Assembly: GCA_963734545.1 (NCBI GenBank)
Contig: CAVTHO010000006.1
Coordinates: 192,001-256,000, forward strand
DNA length: 64,000 nt
Reading direction: 5' to 3'
Origin: an uncultured Spirochaetota bacterium
GTDB taxonomy: Bacteria > Spirochaetota > Spirochaetia > SZUA-6 > Fen-1364
Each line of letters begins with the position of its first letter. The stretch's first letter is position 1. A model generated the notes under the pieces. The model was not told where the DNA came from. It made no database searches and saw only the letters and a program-made list of their open reading frames with translations. Shown here in pieces: positions 21,184-31,651 of this stretch. A program made the position numbers and the translations under genes.

Positions 21184-21205
21184 CCGATGTCCATCCGTTT
21201 CCCCT

Positions 21206-22285
21206 TCAGAAGGGATAGAACGAGAGGGCCGTGTCGAACAGGGCGGCGACGTTCTCCGGCGGGGTACCTGCCTGGATCCAGTGCGACGGGCCGAGGATGT
21301 AGCCCCCGCCGCGCCCCAGCACGGTGATCCTCTCCTCCACTTCGCGGCGCACCTCCTCCGGGCTGCCGAAGGGAAGCGTGGTCTGCACGCTCACCCCGCC
21401 CTCGAAGCACAGCCTGTTCCCGTATTCGTCCTTCAGCCGGACCGGGTCCATGTTGTCCGCGCTGAACTGGAGGGCCTGCAGCACGTCGATCCCCATGTCG
21501 ACGAGCCCTCCCACCGCGTCCATGATGGAGCCGTCCGTGTGATAGATGATTTTCGCGCCCCGCTCATGGATCGCGTCGTTCAGCCTGCGGTGGTAGGGCT
21601 TGAGCAGGCGCTCCCACCTGTCGTACGGCATGAGAAGCCCGCGCTGGTCGCCGATGTCGTCCGCGGTGAATACGAGGTCGATCTGGCCGGGCGCCGCTTC
21701 GAGCATCCGCGTGAAGAAGGCCACGTAGAAGTCGGTCACGCGGCGCATGATCGCGTGCACGAGCTCCTCCTCCGTCATCAGGTCCATGAGCATCTGCTCG
21801 AAGCCGCGCATGTACCACGACGTCTCGAAGATGTTGCCGTTGCTCACCATGATGCAGCTGTCCGCCCGGGCCCGGGCAGCCGCGATTGCCGCCGGAAGGC
21901 CTTCGTAGTCGAACCACGCGGGGTCCGGCCACCGGTGCCGGTCGAGATTCGCCGGCGTCCACTCGCCGGCGAGCGGATAACGGGAGATCTCGTTGTAGCT
22001 TCCCGACCCGTAGCTCACGTCCCGGCGCGTCACCCCCCAGATGTCGGTGTCCGGGGGAAGCGGCGGGCCGATGTAGCGCGGGCTCACCTCCACGATGTCC
22101 ACGATCGGGGACAGGTACTGCGCTGCGCCGACGCCTCTCTCTTTCGAGAGCCAGTCATCAAGGGCGCGCCAGGCGGGCGGGTTGATGCCGGCGCAGACCA
22201 GGCCGATCGGGATCCTGTCGGTCTGCTGGTGGTCCAATGCGAGTCTCACACGTTCGCGGGGCGACAGGACCTGCCGGCGATGCAT
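21206..22285 (-). CDS. Uroporphyrinogen decarboxylase-family (URO-D/CIMS-like) protein
   Basis: SPRERV, RGFEQMLMD, ADDIG, YHTDG, GGYILGPSH. Confidence 0.87.
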   Translation of the reverse strand: MHRRQVLSPRERVRLALDHQQTDRIPIGLVCAGINPPAWRALDDWLSKERGVGAAQYLSPIVDIVEVSPRYIGPPLPPDTDIWGVTRRDVSYGSGSYNEISRYPLAGEWTPANLDRHRWPDPAWFDYEGLPAAIAAARARADSCIMVSNGNIFETSWYMRGFEQMLMDLMTEEELVHAIMRRVTDFYVAFFTRMLEAAPGQIDLVFTADDIGDQRGLLMPYDRWERLLKPYHRRLNDAIHERGAKIIYHTDGSIMDAVGGLVDMGIDVLQALQFSADNMDPVRLKDEYGNRLCFEGGVSVQTTLPFGSPEEVRREVEERITVLGRGGGYILGPSHWIQAGTPPENVAALFDTALSFYPF

Positions 22286-22395
22286 CCGCGCCAGTGTATC
22301 CCGACTCGGCTCTGGTCCACAAGAAGACAACCGCCGCCGCGGGCCGATGATCAAAAAAGCATTCCTGCCGATACTTGTAGCAAACGGGTGCGCGC

Positions 22396-23163
22396 ATGAA
22401 CTTCCGCTTCGTCCGCCTCATCAGTGACTCGCGGGAAGACCTTCTCAAGGGCCGCACGATCTCTCTCCACGAGCTGCACACCCTCAGGGAACGACGCGGC
22501 GAAATGATCGCGGCCGTCGACGCGGCGAGCTCCGCCCTGCTCGGCTGGATCGGCGTCTACCCGGACCGGGACGAAGGCGGTCACCTGTTTCACCTCGCCG
22601 ATATCGATGTGCTCCCCGTGCATCGGGAGGAGGGAATCGATGCCGCGCTCATGCAGGAGGCAGGCAGGTTCATGCGGAAGCACAGGGTGTCGCGGCTGAC
22701 ATTCGGCACCAGCCCGCTTCTCACCGGCAACGCCGCCCTGTACATCACCCGGTTCGGCACGCGCTACAAGTGGAGAGAAGGGACCCGGACGCCCGAGGGA
22801 AGGCCGTGGCCTTACGTGTCGTGCGAGTGCGACTTCGACGACCCGGTTGCGCGCCCCCTCGACCTGCGCACGGACGAGGTGGTCCCGCGGAGCGTCATTG
22901 ACTGGGAGGGGACACGGCCCCTGCCGCGAAAGAAAGTCGTCTACTCCGGCCCGCTCTCCGTGCTTCTCCCCGAGCTCACGCGCGACTCACTCGTCGAGGC
23001 AGACACGCGTGATCCCTCGTTCCTCCCCACCCTCTACCAGGTATTCCACGCGTTGTTCCTCCACGGCTACGATTTCGCGTGGTTCGACCGGCTTGCACCG
23101 TCGGCAGCTCCCTCCGATGGTCCGCGCTGCTACTACATCATGAAGAGAGTACTGGCACTCTGA
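22396..23163 (+). CDS. GNAT-like hypothetical protein
   Basis: VLPVHREEGIDAALM resembles a degenerate acetyl-CoA motif A; SPLLTGNAALYI. Confidence 0.55.
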   Translation: MNFRFVRLISDSREDLLKGRTISLHELHTLRERRGEMIAAVDAASSALLGWIGVYPDRDEGGHLFHLADIDVLPVHREEGIDAALMQEAGRFMRKHRVSRLTFGTSPLLTGNAALYITRFGTRYKWREGTRTPEGRPWPYVSCECDFDDPVARPLDLRTDEVVPRSVIDWEGTRPLPRKKVVYSGPLSVLLPELTRDSLVEADTRDPSFLPTLYQVFHALFLHGYDFAWFDRLAPSAAPSDGPRCYYIMKRVLAL

Positions 23164-23171
23164 CCCTCGCG

Positions 23172-23216
23172 AAACTGCGCGGGCGACCGTGCAGCTGCAC
23201 GGAGTACCGTGCAAGG
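23172..23216 (+). repeat. Two adjacent hairpins of the repeat family
   Basis: AAAC TGCGCGG GCGA CCGTGCA GC TGCACGG AGTA CCGTGCA AGG. Confidence 0.7.
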
Positions 23217-23254
23217 ATTGCACAGCCGGGGAGAATCAGGATAGTATCTGCCCC

Positions 23255-23550
23255 ATGGATACGCCCCAGACAGTCGAGTTGACGCGCAGCGAGCGCGAGC
23301 TCCTCCTGAACATCCTTCACATCGCACCGGAAGTCGAAAAGAAGATCATTTCCTCGCGCATCACGGGCAACAGGTTTCACATCGAGTTCACCCCCAAGGA
23401 CATGGAGGGTCTGTTGAACGGCCTGGCTTCCGAGATCAATGCCACCAGCGACCGCACGATGGCCAGGGCCTACGAGGACCTCCGACAGAAGCTGGAAAAG
23501 ATCGAGGGACACTGGCGAGGCCGGGCTGCCGCGGGGAGGGGAGCGGCTGA
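23255..23550 (+). CDS. Hypothetical protein (about 98 aa; probable 1-bp frameshift before its TGA)
   Basis: Gene-like MDTPQTVELTRSERELL...; TGA at 23548 coupled to the next ATG comes in frame if one base is added. Confidence 0.55.
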
Positions 23551-24077
23551 TGCAGGAATATTCTCAGACGATTCTGGTCCTTGCGCTGCTCACCGCGGCC
23601 GCGGTGACGGCGTTGATCCTGGTGCTGGCGGCATGGCTGATGGACCGGCGGCGCAGCCACGTGAGGATCGAGCGCCTGATTCAGGAGCAGGAGCAGGGGC
23701 TCGCCGATGCCCGCAAAGAGAGCGTGGAGAAGAGCAGGAGCTCCCTGAAGGGACAGATCGCGGAGCAGATGGCCCCGCTCCTGCCCGGATTCCGGTACCT
23801 GCCGGCGGACGCGCGCTTCCTCGGCGATCCGATAGACTACGTGGTATTCAACGGATACACCGGTGTGCGCGACGAACGCGCCCGGGTCGACTCGCTGGAA
23901 ATCGTCCTGCTGGAAGTCAAGCAGGGCGGATCAGCGCTGTCGGGATTTCAGAAAGCCATTGCGGCGGCGATCCAGGCGGGCAGGGTGCGGTTCGAAGTGT
24001 GCCGCGTCCTGCCGGATGGATCCATCGGGACCGAGACCTGGCGTCAGCGGAGAGCCGGAGGCCTGGCCCTCGAATGA
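23550..24077 (+). CDS. Membrane-anchored Holliday-junction-resolvase-like PD-(D/E)XK endonuclease
   Basis: N-terminal TM, GQIAEQMAP, RFLGDPIDYVVF, EVKQG. Confidence 0.85.
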   Translation: MQEYSQTILVLALLTAAAVTALILVLAAWLMDRRRSHVRIERLIQEQEQGLADARKESVEKSRSSLKGQIAEQMAPLLPGFRYLPADARFLGDPIDYVVFNGYTGVRDERARVDSLEIVLLEVKQGGSALSGFQKAIAAAIQAGRVRFEVCRVLPDGSIGTETWRQRRAGGLALE

Positions 24078-24856
24078 AAACCCTCATTGCCTGCGGACAA
24101 TTCGCGCCCCTGCCGGGGGACATCAGCGGGAATATCGCGCGCATGGGCGGACTGGCCCGCGATGCCGCGCGGCTGGGCGCCCGCGTGCTCGTGCTTCCCG
24201 AGCTCTGCCTCTGCGGCTACCCGGAGCCCGGTGAGGCAGCGGCGCGGGCTGTTCCGGCGGACGGTCCCGAGATCAGCCGCGTCGCGGCGCATGCCCGGGA
24301 GACGGGAGTCGCGCTGTGCTTCGGGTTCGTCGAACGATCCCCTGACGGACGGCTCTGCAACAGCATGGCCTTTGTGGGCGGCCAGGACGGTCCGCGCACC
24401 GTGTACCGCAAAGTACACCTGTGGACAACGGAAAGGGCGTGGGCTGTTCCCGGGGAAAGCTTCCCGAGCTTCGACCTCGGCCCCCTGCGCCTGGGGATGT
24501 GGATCTGCTACGACACCCGGTTTCCCGAGGGGGCGCGCCGCCTGGCCCTCTCCGGGGCCACTCTCTGCCTCGTGGGTTCCGCCTGGTTCGGGCCCGCGGA
24601 CGAGTGGGAGCTCGCGCTCCGTGCACGCGCCATGGATAACGGGATATTCGTGGCCGGCGCGGCCGTGCAGGGCTCCTCAGGCGCTCTGCCGTTTCATGGG
24701 GCGAGCCTCATCATCGACCCGCATGGACGGGTCCTTGCCCGCGCCCGCGCGGACCATGACGACCTGATCGCCGCCGAGTACGATGACGAGGCGGTGAAGA
24801 CATTCCGCGCGCGCCTGCCACTCCTCGATGATCGTCGCCCCGCCACATATGCGTAG
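24074..24856 (+). CDS. Carbon-nitrogen hydrolase (nitrilase family)
   Basis: LPELC, YRKVHL, ICYDTRFPE catalytic E-K-C triad. Confidence 0.92.
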   Translation: MKTLIACGQFAPLPGDISGNIARMGGLARDAARLGARVLVLPELCLCGYPEPGEAAARAVPADGPEISRVAAHARETGVALCFGFVERSPDGRLCNSMAFVGGQDGPRTVYRKVHLWTTERAWAVPGESFPSFDLGPLRLGMWICYDTRFPEGARRLALSGATLCLVGSAWFGPADEWELALRARAMDNGIFVAGAAVQGSSGALPFHGASLIIDPHGRVLARARADHDDLIAAEYDDEAVKTFRARLPLLDDRRPATYA

Positions 24857-25619
24857 GGTCCTCCAGGAGAGCGATCTTGCCGGTCCTCTCTATGCGCACC
24901 TGGCGGACCTCGGGTACACGGTCCGCAGCGAAGTCAAAGACTGCGACATCGCCGCCGTCAAGGGCGAGGATCTCCTCATCATCGAGCTGAAGAAGACGCT
25001 GAACCTGCCGCTCCTCGTCCAGGCGGTCCGCCGGCAGCGAATGACCGATTCTGTCTACGTGGCGATCCCGCGGCCTTCCAACAAGTGGAAGTGGTGGAAG
25101 GAGAGCCGCGGCGCCCAGCACCTCCTGCGCAGGCTGGAGCTGGGCCTCATCCTGGTTTCACTGGACGCCGGCAAGCCTCCCGTGGAAATCGTTTTTCATC
25201 CGCTGCCTTTTGCGCGGAAGAAGCGCGGCACGTCACGCCGGGCCGTCCTGGAGGAGATCGCGCACAGGACCGCGGACTACAACCGGGCGGGAAGCACGCG
25301 CACGAAGCTCGCCACCGCCTACCGGGAGAATGCCATCCATATCGCCTGCTGTCTTCTCGTGCACGGCAAATCCACCCCGGCCGAGCTCCGCGCCCGGGGG
25401 ACGGGACCCAAGACACTCTCGATACTGCACTTCAATGCATACGGCTGGTTCGAACGGGTGGCGCATGCCGTGTACGATCTCTCCGCCCACGGCAAGGCCG
25501 ACCTCGCCAGCTGGCCCGCGCTCAGGAAGAAGTACCTTGCGGCCGCGAGGCGGGGTCCCGCGCGCGTCCGGGCAGAACCTCCCTGGATTGAATACTCCCC
25601 GGTGAGGGGGTATTCTTGA
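24849..25619 (+). CDS. DUF2161 putative PD-(D/E)XK phosphodiesterase
   Basis: ESDL...SEVKDCDI...IELK, TAYRENA, NAYGWFERV. Confidence 0.82.
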   Translation: MRRVLQESDLAGPLYAHLADLGYTVRSEVKDCDIAAVKGEDLLIIELKKTLNLPLLVQAVRRQRMTDSVYVAIPRPSNKWKWWKESRGAQHLLRRLELGLILVSLDAGKPPVEIVFHPLPFARKKRGTSRRAVLEEIAHRTADYNRAGSTRTKLATAYRENAIHIACCLLVHGKSTPAELRARGTGPKTLSILHFNAYGWFERVAHAVYDLSAHGKADLASWPALRKKYLAAARRGPARVRAEPPWIEYSPVRGYS

Positions 25620-25635
25620 ACGCAAGGAGACCGAG

Positions 25636-25914
25636 GTGACGTTTCAGCGCGTGGAAGGAACCGACAAGGGGCGGATCGTGCTCTATTCCCTGAGCACCTG
25701 CATGTGGTGCCGCATGGCGAAGAATCTGCTGCACGACCTGGGCATTGGCTACGAGTACATCGACGTGGACTCCCTCCAGGCCGAGGAAAAAGACGCGGTG
25801 AAGAAGGAAATCAAGAAATGGAACCCCGACGGGTCCTATCCCACGATCGTCATCAATGACAAGGAATGCGTTTCCGGCTTCGACGAGGCCGAGATCAGGG
25901 AGAAGATCAAGTGA
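25636..25914 (+). CDS. Glutaredoxin-like (NrdH/methanoredoxin-type) protein
   Basis: LSTCMWC CxxC, SYPTIVI, GF; AAGGAG RBS. Confidence 0.88.
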   Translation: MTFQRVEGTDKGRIVLYSLSTCMWCRMAKNLLHDLGIGYEYIDVDSLQAEEKDAVKKEIKKWNPDGSYPTIVINDKECVSGFDEAEIREKIK

Positions 25915-26531
25915 GCGGCGCGACGGACCGACCCTCCGAAGTGACGCCGGAAGAGGTCGAGCGCGTGTTCCAGAAGCTCGACCAGGAAGCGGAGAGCGCG
26001 GGATATCACCTGAATCCCGACAAGAAGTTCACCCTCGGGCTGATCGAGGGGATGCTGGTCAACGAGCGCAGGTACGGCTACTGGGCCTGCCCGTGCCGGC
26101 TCGCCTCCGGGAAGAAATCCGAGGACCTCGATATCATCTGCCCCTGCGACTATCGAGACGCCGACCTGTCGGAGTACGGGGCCTGTTTCTGCGCGCTGTA
26201 CGTTTCCCAGGAAGTCGTGGACGGCACGCGCAAAGTGCGGCGAATCCCCGAAAGGCGGCCTGCTGAAAAGATGAGCGCCGCGGCCGAGCCGCCCGCGGAA
26301 AGCTCGGGCCCGGGGCCTGCCGGGGGAAAACAAGGCGCGCGGGACACGACGCCCGCGGAAGGTCCCGCCGGCTCGGAAAGTCCGGCGGGCACGGCGCCGT
26401 CCCGCTCCGCGGAGCTGCGGTACCCCGTGTGGAGATGCAGAGTCTGCGGCTATCTCTGTGCGCGGGACGGACCGCCCGAGGTGTGCCCGATCTGCAGGGC
26501 CAGGAAGGAACGTTTCGAAAGATTCTTATGA
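25911..26531 (+). CDS. Ferredoxin:thioredoxin reductase catalytic subunit with C-terminal rubredoxin-like domain
   Basis: CPC, CPC, CFC motifs plus CRVC...CPIC; GTGA overlap with the glutaredoxin stop. Confidence 0.9.
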   Translation: MSGATDRPSEVTPEEVERVFQKLDQEAESAGYHLNPDKKFTLGLIEGMLVNERRYGYWACPCRLASGKKSEDLDIICPCDYRDADLSEYGACFCALYVSQEVVDGTRKVRRIPERRPAEKMSAAAEPPAESSGPGPAGGKQGARDTTPAEGPAGSESPAGTAPSRSAELRYPVWRCRVCGYLCARDGPPEVCPICRARKERFERFL

Positions 26532-27800
26532 CGGGGGTCCGCCGTGAGGGGGATCCCGCTCCAATGAAGGAGAGAGAATCTCCGCGGCCCCCTGGTCCTT
26601 TTCTATGAGCGCCGCAATGCGGCCCTCGGAGGACCCTGCGCCGGCCCCGTGCACCATGTTCACGAGCTCCGCGAACATCGCCTTGTCCGTCAACCTGCGC
26701 AGAAAAGGAAAATCCTGCCTCAGCACGCGATAGCCCCAGACGGCGTCGAGCTTCATGCTCGTCGTGCGCGAGTTGCCGCGGATGCCGCTCGAGAGGCTGC
26801 GCAGGCGCCGGTACTCCCTGTCGATGGCGCGGCTCACTTTCCGCCCCGCAATGCGCCGCACCACGTCCATGCGCACCAGCTCCATCTTGCGGTCGAGGTT
26901 CGTTCCGCTCTTGAAGGAGACGGCGACGGGGATGGGGACGAGCATCTCCCCGTCCGCCGTGTAGCCGGTCATCCCTTCCGTGTAGTAGCCCTTTTCCAGG
27001 AGCACCGGTGTCGAGCGGGGAAAGAATCGAAGCTTCCTGTAGTCCTCCACGCGCTCCTGGACCCGGCGGATCTCCTCCTGGAGCGCGCGGGCGCCGGGAC
27101 TCTGCGCCAGCCTCATTTTCAGATCGGGCAGGAGCTCGTTCTCCATGTAGAAGATCGCCTGCGAGAGCGGCAGCTTCATGTTCTGCGCCGCGTAGGTCAC
27201 CTCCTCGCCTTCCTCGATCCCGTAGGGCGGTTTTTCAGGATTCTCACGGACCATCACGGGGAAGAGAAAGAGAAGCAGCTTCCGCACGACGGGCGGATAG
27301 CGCTCCAGCTCGAGGGGCGGGTAGCGGTCGTCCTCCCCCGTGTATTTGCGGATCGCCGCCACGATGCTCCGGGAAAGAACGCGGCTCTTTCTCGCGTCCG
27401 TCTGCCGTGATTCCATGAAGCCCCCGCCGCCGGCAAGGAGAAACTGCTCGAGCAGGTTCCTGACGTTTGCGTACAGCGGGTTGGCCTGGACGATCCCCTT
27501 CTGGTCCTCGGAGATGTTTTCCGCGAGGAGGCCCTCCACGAGCCGCAGCGCGGAAAGGGATTTCTCCGTGATCATCTCTGCCAGGCTCTGCCGCGCCGCC
27601 GGGTCTGCCCTGCCCGTGATGCGCTTCAGGAGCTGCAGGCACAGGGAAAGCCGGGTCCCGGCAAGCGAGAGCACCAGGTCGATGTCGTGCAGCCCCGAGA
27701 GGCTCTCCTCCATCCCCCGCACCGCATTGGCGAGACGTGATTCCTCCTCGAGCAGGGCGCGAGTCTCGATGGACAGTAGATCTTGAAGGGAGGTGCTCAT
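26526..27800 (-). CDS. Hypothetical protein (424 aa)
   Basis: Long ORF with natural composition filling the gap; no recognisable motif. Confidence 0.7.
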   Translation of the reverse strand: MSTSLQDLLSIETRALLEEESRLANAVRGMEESLSGLHDIDLVLSLAGTRLSLCLQLLKRITGRADPAARQSLAEMITEKSLSALRLVEGLLAENISEDQKGIVQANPLYANVRNLLEQFLLAGGGGFMESRQTDARKSRVLSRSIVAAIRKYTGEDDRYPPLELERYPPVVRKLLLFLFPVMVRENPEKPPYGIEEGEEVTYAAQNMKLPLSQAIFYMENELLPDLKMRLAQSPGARALQEEIRRVQERVEDYRKLRFFPRSTPVLLEKGYYTEGMTGYTADGEMLVPIPVAVSFKSGTNLDRKMELVRMDVVRRIAGRKVSRAIDREYRRLRSLSSGIRGNSRTTSMKLDAVWGYRVLRQDFPFLRRLTDKAMFAELVNMVHGAGAGSSEGRIAALIEKDQGAAEILSPSLERDPPHGGPPS

Positions 27801-27879
27801 GGCCGGGGCTTTCCCCCTGCAAATATACGGCGGCCGTGACGCTTTTCCAAGTCAGTGATCCATACTATAGTGGCCGGGC

Positions 27880-29118
27880 ATGGAGGATCACCTCGTCGAG
27901 GCAGGCCGCCCGCGCAGAACATTCGCGGCCCTGGCTTATCCCAATTACCGGCTGTGGTTTTTCGGCCAAATGACGTCGCTCGCCGGCACCTGGATGCAGT
28001 CCACCGCCCAGGGCTACCTCGTCTACCAGCTCACGCGCTCGACGGTGTACCTCGGCTACGTGGGGTTCGCATCCGGCATCGCGACCTGGGTGTTCACGCT
28101 GTACGGCGGGGTCCTCGCGGACAGGGTGCCGCGGCGCGGGCTGCTCGTCGTCACCCAGGCCTTCAGCATGCTGCTCGCATTCGTGCTCTCCGCGCTCACA
28201 TTCACGCGTCTCGTGATGCCCTGGCACATCATTGTTCTCGCTTTCAGCCTCGGGGTGGTGAACGCATTCGACGCGCCGGCGCGCCAGTCATTCGTCCTGG
28301 AAATGGTCGACCGGCCGGTGCTGACGAATGCCATCGCCCTGAACTCGACGATGTTCAATGCGGCCATGGCTTTCGGCCCTGCCATCGGCGGCATCACCTA
28401 TGCGCTTTTCGGGCCCGGTTGGTGTTTTGCCATCAACGGCCTGTCTTTCGTCGCGGTGATCGTGGCGCTCGCCTCCATGAGGCTGGCGCGCTGGGTCCCG
28501 CCCCCGGCACGGGCCTCCGCCTTCGCCGAGATGCGGGAGGGTTTTCGCGCCGTCGTGACCGACAGGAGGATACTGGCCATCATCTGCCTCCTCTGCTCGG
28601 TGAGCCTTTTCGGCATGTCCTTCGTGACCCTGATCCCCGCGTGGGCCGTGCAGGTCCTCGGCGGCGACGCCACCACGAACGGCTTTCTTCTTTCGGCGCG
28701 AGGCGTGGGGGCGCTTGCCGCCGCCCTCATGATCGCGACACTGGCGCATCGCAGATTCAAGGGCCGGCTCATGACGGCGGCGAGCATTGCATTTCCGATC
28801 GCCCTCGCGGTCTTCTCCTTCGTGCGCTCCCTCGTGCTCTCCCTCCTCATACTCGTGGTGGTCGGCGCCGTCAACATCACGATCAACATCCTCGCCAATG
28901 CCCTCGTGCAGACCATGGTCCCGGACGCGGTGCGCGGCCGGGTCATGGCAATCTACATGCTCTCGTTCCTCGGTTTCATGCCGATCGGGGCGCTGCTCGC
29001 CGGGACCGTGGCCAGCGCGGCAGGCGTCCACCTCACCGTGACCGCCAGCGCGGCGTGCACGCTCGCCTGCGCGCTCCTCGTGGCCCGCGCGGTTCCCTCG
29101 CTGCGGAAGGCCGCCTAG
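27880..29118 (+). CDS. MFS transporter
   Basis: About 12 TM segments, GVLADRVPRR motif A, RGRVM. Confidence 0.92.
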   Translation: MEDHLVEAGRPRRTFAALAYPNYRLWFFGQMTSLAGTWMQSTAQGYLVYQLTRSTVYLGYVGFASGIATWVFTLYGGVLADRVPRRGLLVVTQAFSMLLAFVLSALTFTRLVMPWHIIVLAFSLGVVNAFDAPARQSFVLEMVDRPVLTNAIALNSTMFNAAMAFGPAIGGITYALFGPGWCFAINGLSFVAVIVALASMRLARWVPPPARASAFAEMREGFRAVVTDRRILAIICLLCSVSLFGMSFVTLIPAWAVQVLGGDATTNGFLLSARGVGALAAALMIATLAHRRFKGRLMTAASIAFPIALAVFSFVRSLVLSLLILVVVGAVNITINILANALVQTMVPDAVRGRVMAIYMLSFLGFMPIGALLAGTVASAAGVHLTVTASAACTLACALLVARAVPSLRKAA

Positions 29119-29469
29119 ATGCGCTGGTTCGATTCGGTGGTCCTGGGGGCGATACGGGACCTGATGCGGGCGGCGCGCGAAAACTATGGCGTCGACCCCG
29201 TCGCGTTCCTCGTCATCTACCTCGTGTCGGCGCCGTTCTTCTATTTCTCGATTTTTCGCATGGTGCGCGCGCTCGCCAAGGGGCTCCGGAGGGAGATCAT
29301 GGTCTGGAGCACGGTCTTCCTTGCCGCCACCGCCGCGCCGTTCCTCTACGTGCTTTTCTTCGGCCGAAACCTGCCCTGGTGGGTTTACGTCGTGATTGCT
29401 CTTCTCATCGGACAGGGGGTCTATTCGCTCGTGCGAAGGCTGACGAAAAAGACGCCGGACAGTCCCTGA
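29119..29469 (+). CDS. Hypothetical membrane protein
   Basis: Three hydrophobic segments; abuts the MFS stop. Confidence 0.65.
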   Translation: MRWFDSVVLGAIRDLMRAARENYGVDPVAFLVIYLVSAPFFYFSIFRMVRALAKGLRREIMVWSTVFLAATAAPFLYVLFFGRNLPWWVYVVIALLIGQGVYSLVRRLTKKTPDSP

Positions 29470-29505
29470 CAGGCTGCCGAGGCCCTGCATCCCTTCAGCG
29501 CCCGC

Positions 29506-30312
29506 TTAGTCCTTCGCTGCCTCGATCTCCAGCCTCACCATACGGACGACAATGTCGCCCTGCGCGTCGCCGGGGTGCAGAAGGGCGTACCGGCCCGCTG
29601 CCTCGCGGATGAACTCTTCGCGCCTCTCCGCGGGGAGTCTCGAGGTATACGGCATCCACGTGGTGCGGATCCAGCCGGCGAGTCCCTCGGTCCCTCTCTG
29701 CACCATGTCTTTCGGCAGAAGCTCGGCGCGCCATAGACTGAGCCCCGCCTCGCGGCACCATGCGTCGTAGAGCTCCGGACCATAGAAGCTCCACGGGAAC
29801 TCAAAATCCCGGAAAAACTCGCGCCAGGGGGCGGACTCGATCATGGTGCGCGCAACGGCGAATATCTCTTCTCCGTTTCCTCTCCCCCCCAGCTGGAAGA
29901 GAAGACGGCCGCGCGGCTTCAAGCTGCGTGCCACGCTTTGCAGCACTGCCCGATGGTCCTTCACCCAGTGCAGGGTTGCGTTGGAGAAGGCGATATCGAA
30001 CTCGTCCTGGAACCCGAGCTCCCGCGCGTCACGGAGAAGAAAGGAAAGGTTGCCCTGCGCCGCGGGGGGAAACGCGGAGCGGGCCTTCCGTATCATGTCT
30101 TCCGAGCTGTCGATGCCGACTACCGCGCCCCGGGGGACCATGCGCGCCAGCTCCGCGCTCACCTTGCCGTCCCCGCACCCGATGTCCAGAATAGATTCGC
30201 GGCCCTCGATGTCGAGCTTTCTGAACAGTTCCCGGGCCCAGCCATGCTGCGCAGCGGAGCTCTTCGCGTACTCCTCCGCGTCCCAGCGGACCCGGTCCGC
30301 GCCTTCCCCCAT
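29506..30312 (-). CDS. Class I SAM methyltransferase (trans-aconitate methyltransferase-like)
   Basis: ILDIGCGDG, FSNATLHW. Confidence 0.88.
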   Translation of the reverse strand: MGEGADRVRWDAEEYAKSSAAQHGWARELFRKLDIEGRESILDIGCGDGKVSAELARMVPRGAVVGIDSSEDMIRKARSAFPPAAQGNLSFLLRDARELGFQDEFDIAFSNATLHWVKDHRAVLQSVARSLKPRGRLLFQLGGRGNGEEIFAVARTMIESAPWREFFRDFEFPWSFYGPELYDAWCREAGLSLWRAELLPKDMVQRGTEGLAGWIRTTWMPYTSRLPAERREEFIREAAGRYALLHPGDAQGDIVVRMVRLEIEAAKD

Positions 30313-30316
30313 GACC

Positions 30317-31579
30317 CTATGCACTCCGCATTGCAATCGCCCGGACGCCCTCAACGAGCTTTTCGATCTCGGAGTAGGTGTTGTAGTGCGCGGCGCCCAC
30401 GCGCACCATGCCGCCGATGCCCTCGAGGCCAAGGCGCGTGGTGACTTCGAGCGCATAGTAGTTCCCATCTGCCGCGTAGATCCCCGCCTTGTCCAGCTCC
30501 TCGCAGATCCGGCGCGGCTGCCAGCCGTCGAGGGTGAAGGAGTACGTCGGCGCGCGGCTGTCCATGCGCCGCGAATCGGTGATCCCGTGGATCCGCAGAC
30601 CCTTGATCGAGGAGAGCCCTTCCTTCATCGCCCTGCTGAGCCCTGCTTCGTACTCCCGGATGGCGTCCATCCCGGCCCGGAGGGCCGCCTTCCTGCCCGC
30701 GGACCCGGGCACGGTGCCGAAGCGCCTGCCCAGCCATTCCAGGTATTCCATTGCGCCGCCGACGCCGGCAATCGACTCGAAGCTCTGCGTGCCGGTCTCC
30801 CATTTGTCCGGCGGAGAGTTGCCGGCTGGTCTCACCTTGTACGCGGAAAGACGCTCCATGAGCGCGTGCCGTCCCCAGAGGACGCCGACGTGGGGGCCGA
30901 AGAATTTGTAGGCGGAGCAGGCAAGGAGATCACAGCCGATTGCCGCGGCATCGATCGGTCCGTGCGGGGCGTAATGCACCGCATCCACGAAGAACAGCGC
31001 GCCGGCATCGTGCGCGATTCGCGCTGCCGCGGCGACGGGATTGATGGTGCCAGTGGCGTTGGACGCCATTCCCACGGCAACGAGCTTCGTGCGCTTCGTG
31101 ACCTGGCGGCCGAGCTCTTCCGCGGACCACGTGCAGTCCGCGGGGTCGAAATCCACCCACCGCACCGTGCATCCCCGGTCCCGGGCCATCAGGACCCACG
31201 GCGAGACATTGGCATCGTGGTCCAGCCGGGTCACCACGATCTCGTCGCCCGGGGAGAGCTCGGAGGAGAGACAGCGCGAGATATGGAGGGTGAGGGACGT
31301 CATGTTCTGGCCGAAGGAGATCTCCTCGGGCCGCGCCGCGCCGAGGAAGTCCGCGAGGGCCGCGCGCGTCTCGTGTACCATCGCGTCGGATTCCCGGCTC
31401 GCCCGGTGCGCGCCGCCGTGATTGGCGTTTCGATGCACGAGGTAGTCCTGCATGCGGGACATCGCTTCTCCGGCGATCTGGGTCCCGGCAGGATTGTCGA
31501 AGAAGATCGGCGCGGCTCCGCCGTGATTGAGCGGGTCCAGCGCGGGAAAATGAGGACGTACGACAGCGGGATCGAGCAT
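30317..31579 (-). CDS. Cysteine desulfurase-like class-V aminotransferase
   Basis: FFDNPAGTQ, LDHDANVSPW, VDAVHYAPH, CSAYKFFGPH. Confidence 0.9.
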   Translation of the reverse strand: MLDPAVVRPHFPALDPLNHGGAAPIFFDNPAGTQIAGEAMSRMQDYLVHRNANHGGAHRASRESDAMVHETRAALADFLGAARPEEISFGQNMTSLTLHISRCLSSELSPGDEIVVTRLDHDANVSPWVLMARDRGCTVRWVDFDPADCTWSAEELGRQVTKRTKLVAVGMASNATGTINPVAAAARIAHDAGALFFVDAVHYAPHGPIDAAAIGCDLLACSAYKFFGPHVGVLWGRHALMERLSAYKVRPAGNSPPDKWETGTQSFESIAGVGGAMEYLEWLGRRFGTVPGSAGRKAALRAGMDAIREYEAGLSRAMKEGLSSIKGLRIHGITDSRRMDSRAPTYSFTLDGWQPRRICEELDKAGIYAADGNYYALEVTTRLGLEGIGGMVRVGAAHYNTYSEIEKLVEGVRAIAMRSA

Positions 31580-31651
31580 GTTGGATATCTCCCTGGCGTG
31601 CATGATAGAAGAATAGCGCACGCGCGGAAAGCGGTCTCTGCGCGGGCACGC

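Noticed and set aside
23189-24856. 555-aa ORF fusing a hypothetical protein to the nitrilase
   Set aside because: The middle is an off-frame read of the HJR-like gene; one missing base explains the read-through.
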